Shown here piece after piece: positions 63,618-64,000 of a stretch of 64,000 nt of DNA. The notes below the pieces were generated by a model that did no database searches, was not told where the DNA came from, and saw nothing but the letters and a program-made list of their open reading frames with translations. The stretch comes from Candidatus Oxydemutator sp. (GTDB taxonomy: Bacteria; Pseudomonadota; Gammaproteobacteria; Poriferisulfidales; Oxydemutatoraceae). The stretch covers positions 1,920,001 through 1,984,000 of the forward strand of contig OZ241883.1 of assembly GCA_965203445.1 (NCBI GenBank). Direction: 5' to 3'. The stretch's first letter is position 1, and each line of letters opens with the position of its first letter. A program made the position numbers and the translations under genes.

Positions 63618-64000
63618 ATGCGACACACGCGCGCCAGAAATAGGGGGAACCAAGCCGTCATCATCGCAAACCTCGTGCTGCTGGCGCTGGCGATGTTGTT
63701 GCCGGCGTCGCCGGCCACGGCGCAGGCGCGAGAGACCCAAGAGACCTACTACGTTCCGTTGGCGCTATCCGACACCGGCTTGTCGCCGGTCGGCGCCGCG
63801 TATTTCGGCGGTGTGCGCGATTATCTGGCGTTGTTGAACGAGCGTGACGGAGGCATCGGCGGCGTGCGCCTCGTCTGGGACGAGTGCGAGACTGAATACG
63901 ACCCGGCCCAGGGACTCGAGTGCTACCGGCTGCAACGCGACGGCGATCTGGGCGAACCCCTGTATTTCGACGCGCTGACGCTTTCTTTTCATCCGTTGGA
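63618..64000 (+). CDS. ABC transporter substrate-binding protein (branched-chain amino acid type), 5' part, runs off window end
   Basis: Manual translation: signal peptide then DYLALLNERDGGIGGVRLVWDECETEYD...GLECY. Confidence 0.78.
   Translation, partial: MRHTRARNRGNQAVIIANLVLLALAMLLPASPATAQARETQETYYVPLALSDTGLSPVGAAYFGGVRDYLALLNERDGGIGGVRLVWDECETEYDPAQGLECYRLQRDGDLGEPLYFDALTLSFHPL

Overview
GC-rich bacterial chromosome segment; gene content (epmB-efp-epmA, parE/parC, guaB-guaA-tadA-mltF, dksA) suggests a gammaproteobacterium. Positions 1-53.6 kb are mostly housekeeping genes: egtC (partial)/egtD, phoBR, pstCAB (no pstS), pseI, addA-like helicase-nuclease, parE/parC, htpX, a DASS transporter, epmB-efp-epmA, carAB-greA, mutS, HIT, rimP-nusA-infB-rbfA-truB-rpsO-pnp, msrB, dksA, xseA, guaBA, tadA, mltF. 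Small accessory inserts interrupt this backbone: a Phd/VapC toxin-antitoxin pair, IS5 and IS481 remnants, a PD-(D/E)xK nuclease gene between two IS481 scars, and a three-gene Menshen-like (DUF262 / DUF3696-ATPase / unknown effector) cassette bracketed by a 40-bp direct repeat of the parE-stop/HAD-start junction with no integrase. Positions 53.8-64 kb are more AT-rich: an XylM/AlkB-like diiron monooxygenase with a QxxHH last His box, a GST-like protein, a small membrane protein, a FadL-like channel and DUF4242 (likely reductase 7.5 kb away); a lipoprotein gene split by an intact 2616-bp IS1595 element (perfect 26-bp TIRs, 8-bp TSD) carrying a DNA methyltransferase-HNH fusion; a decayed IS3; an intact IS5; and a partial ABC substrate-binding gene. 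No rRNA, tRNA or CRISPR array was seen. All family assignments come from motif recognition by eye, not database searches.
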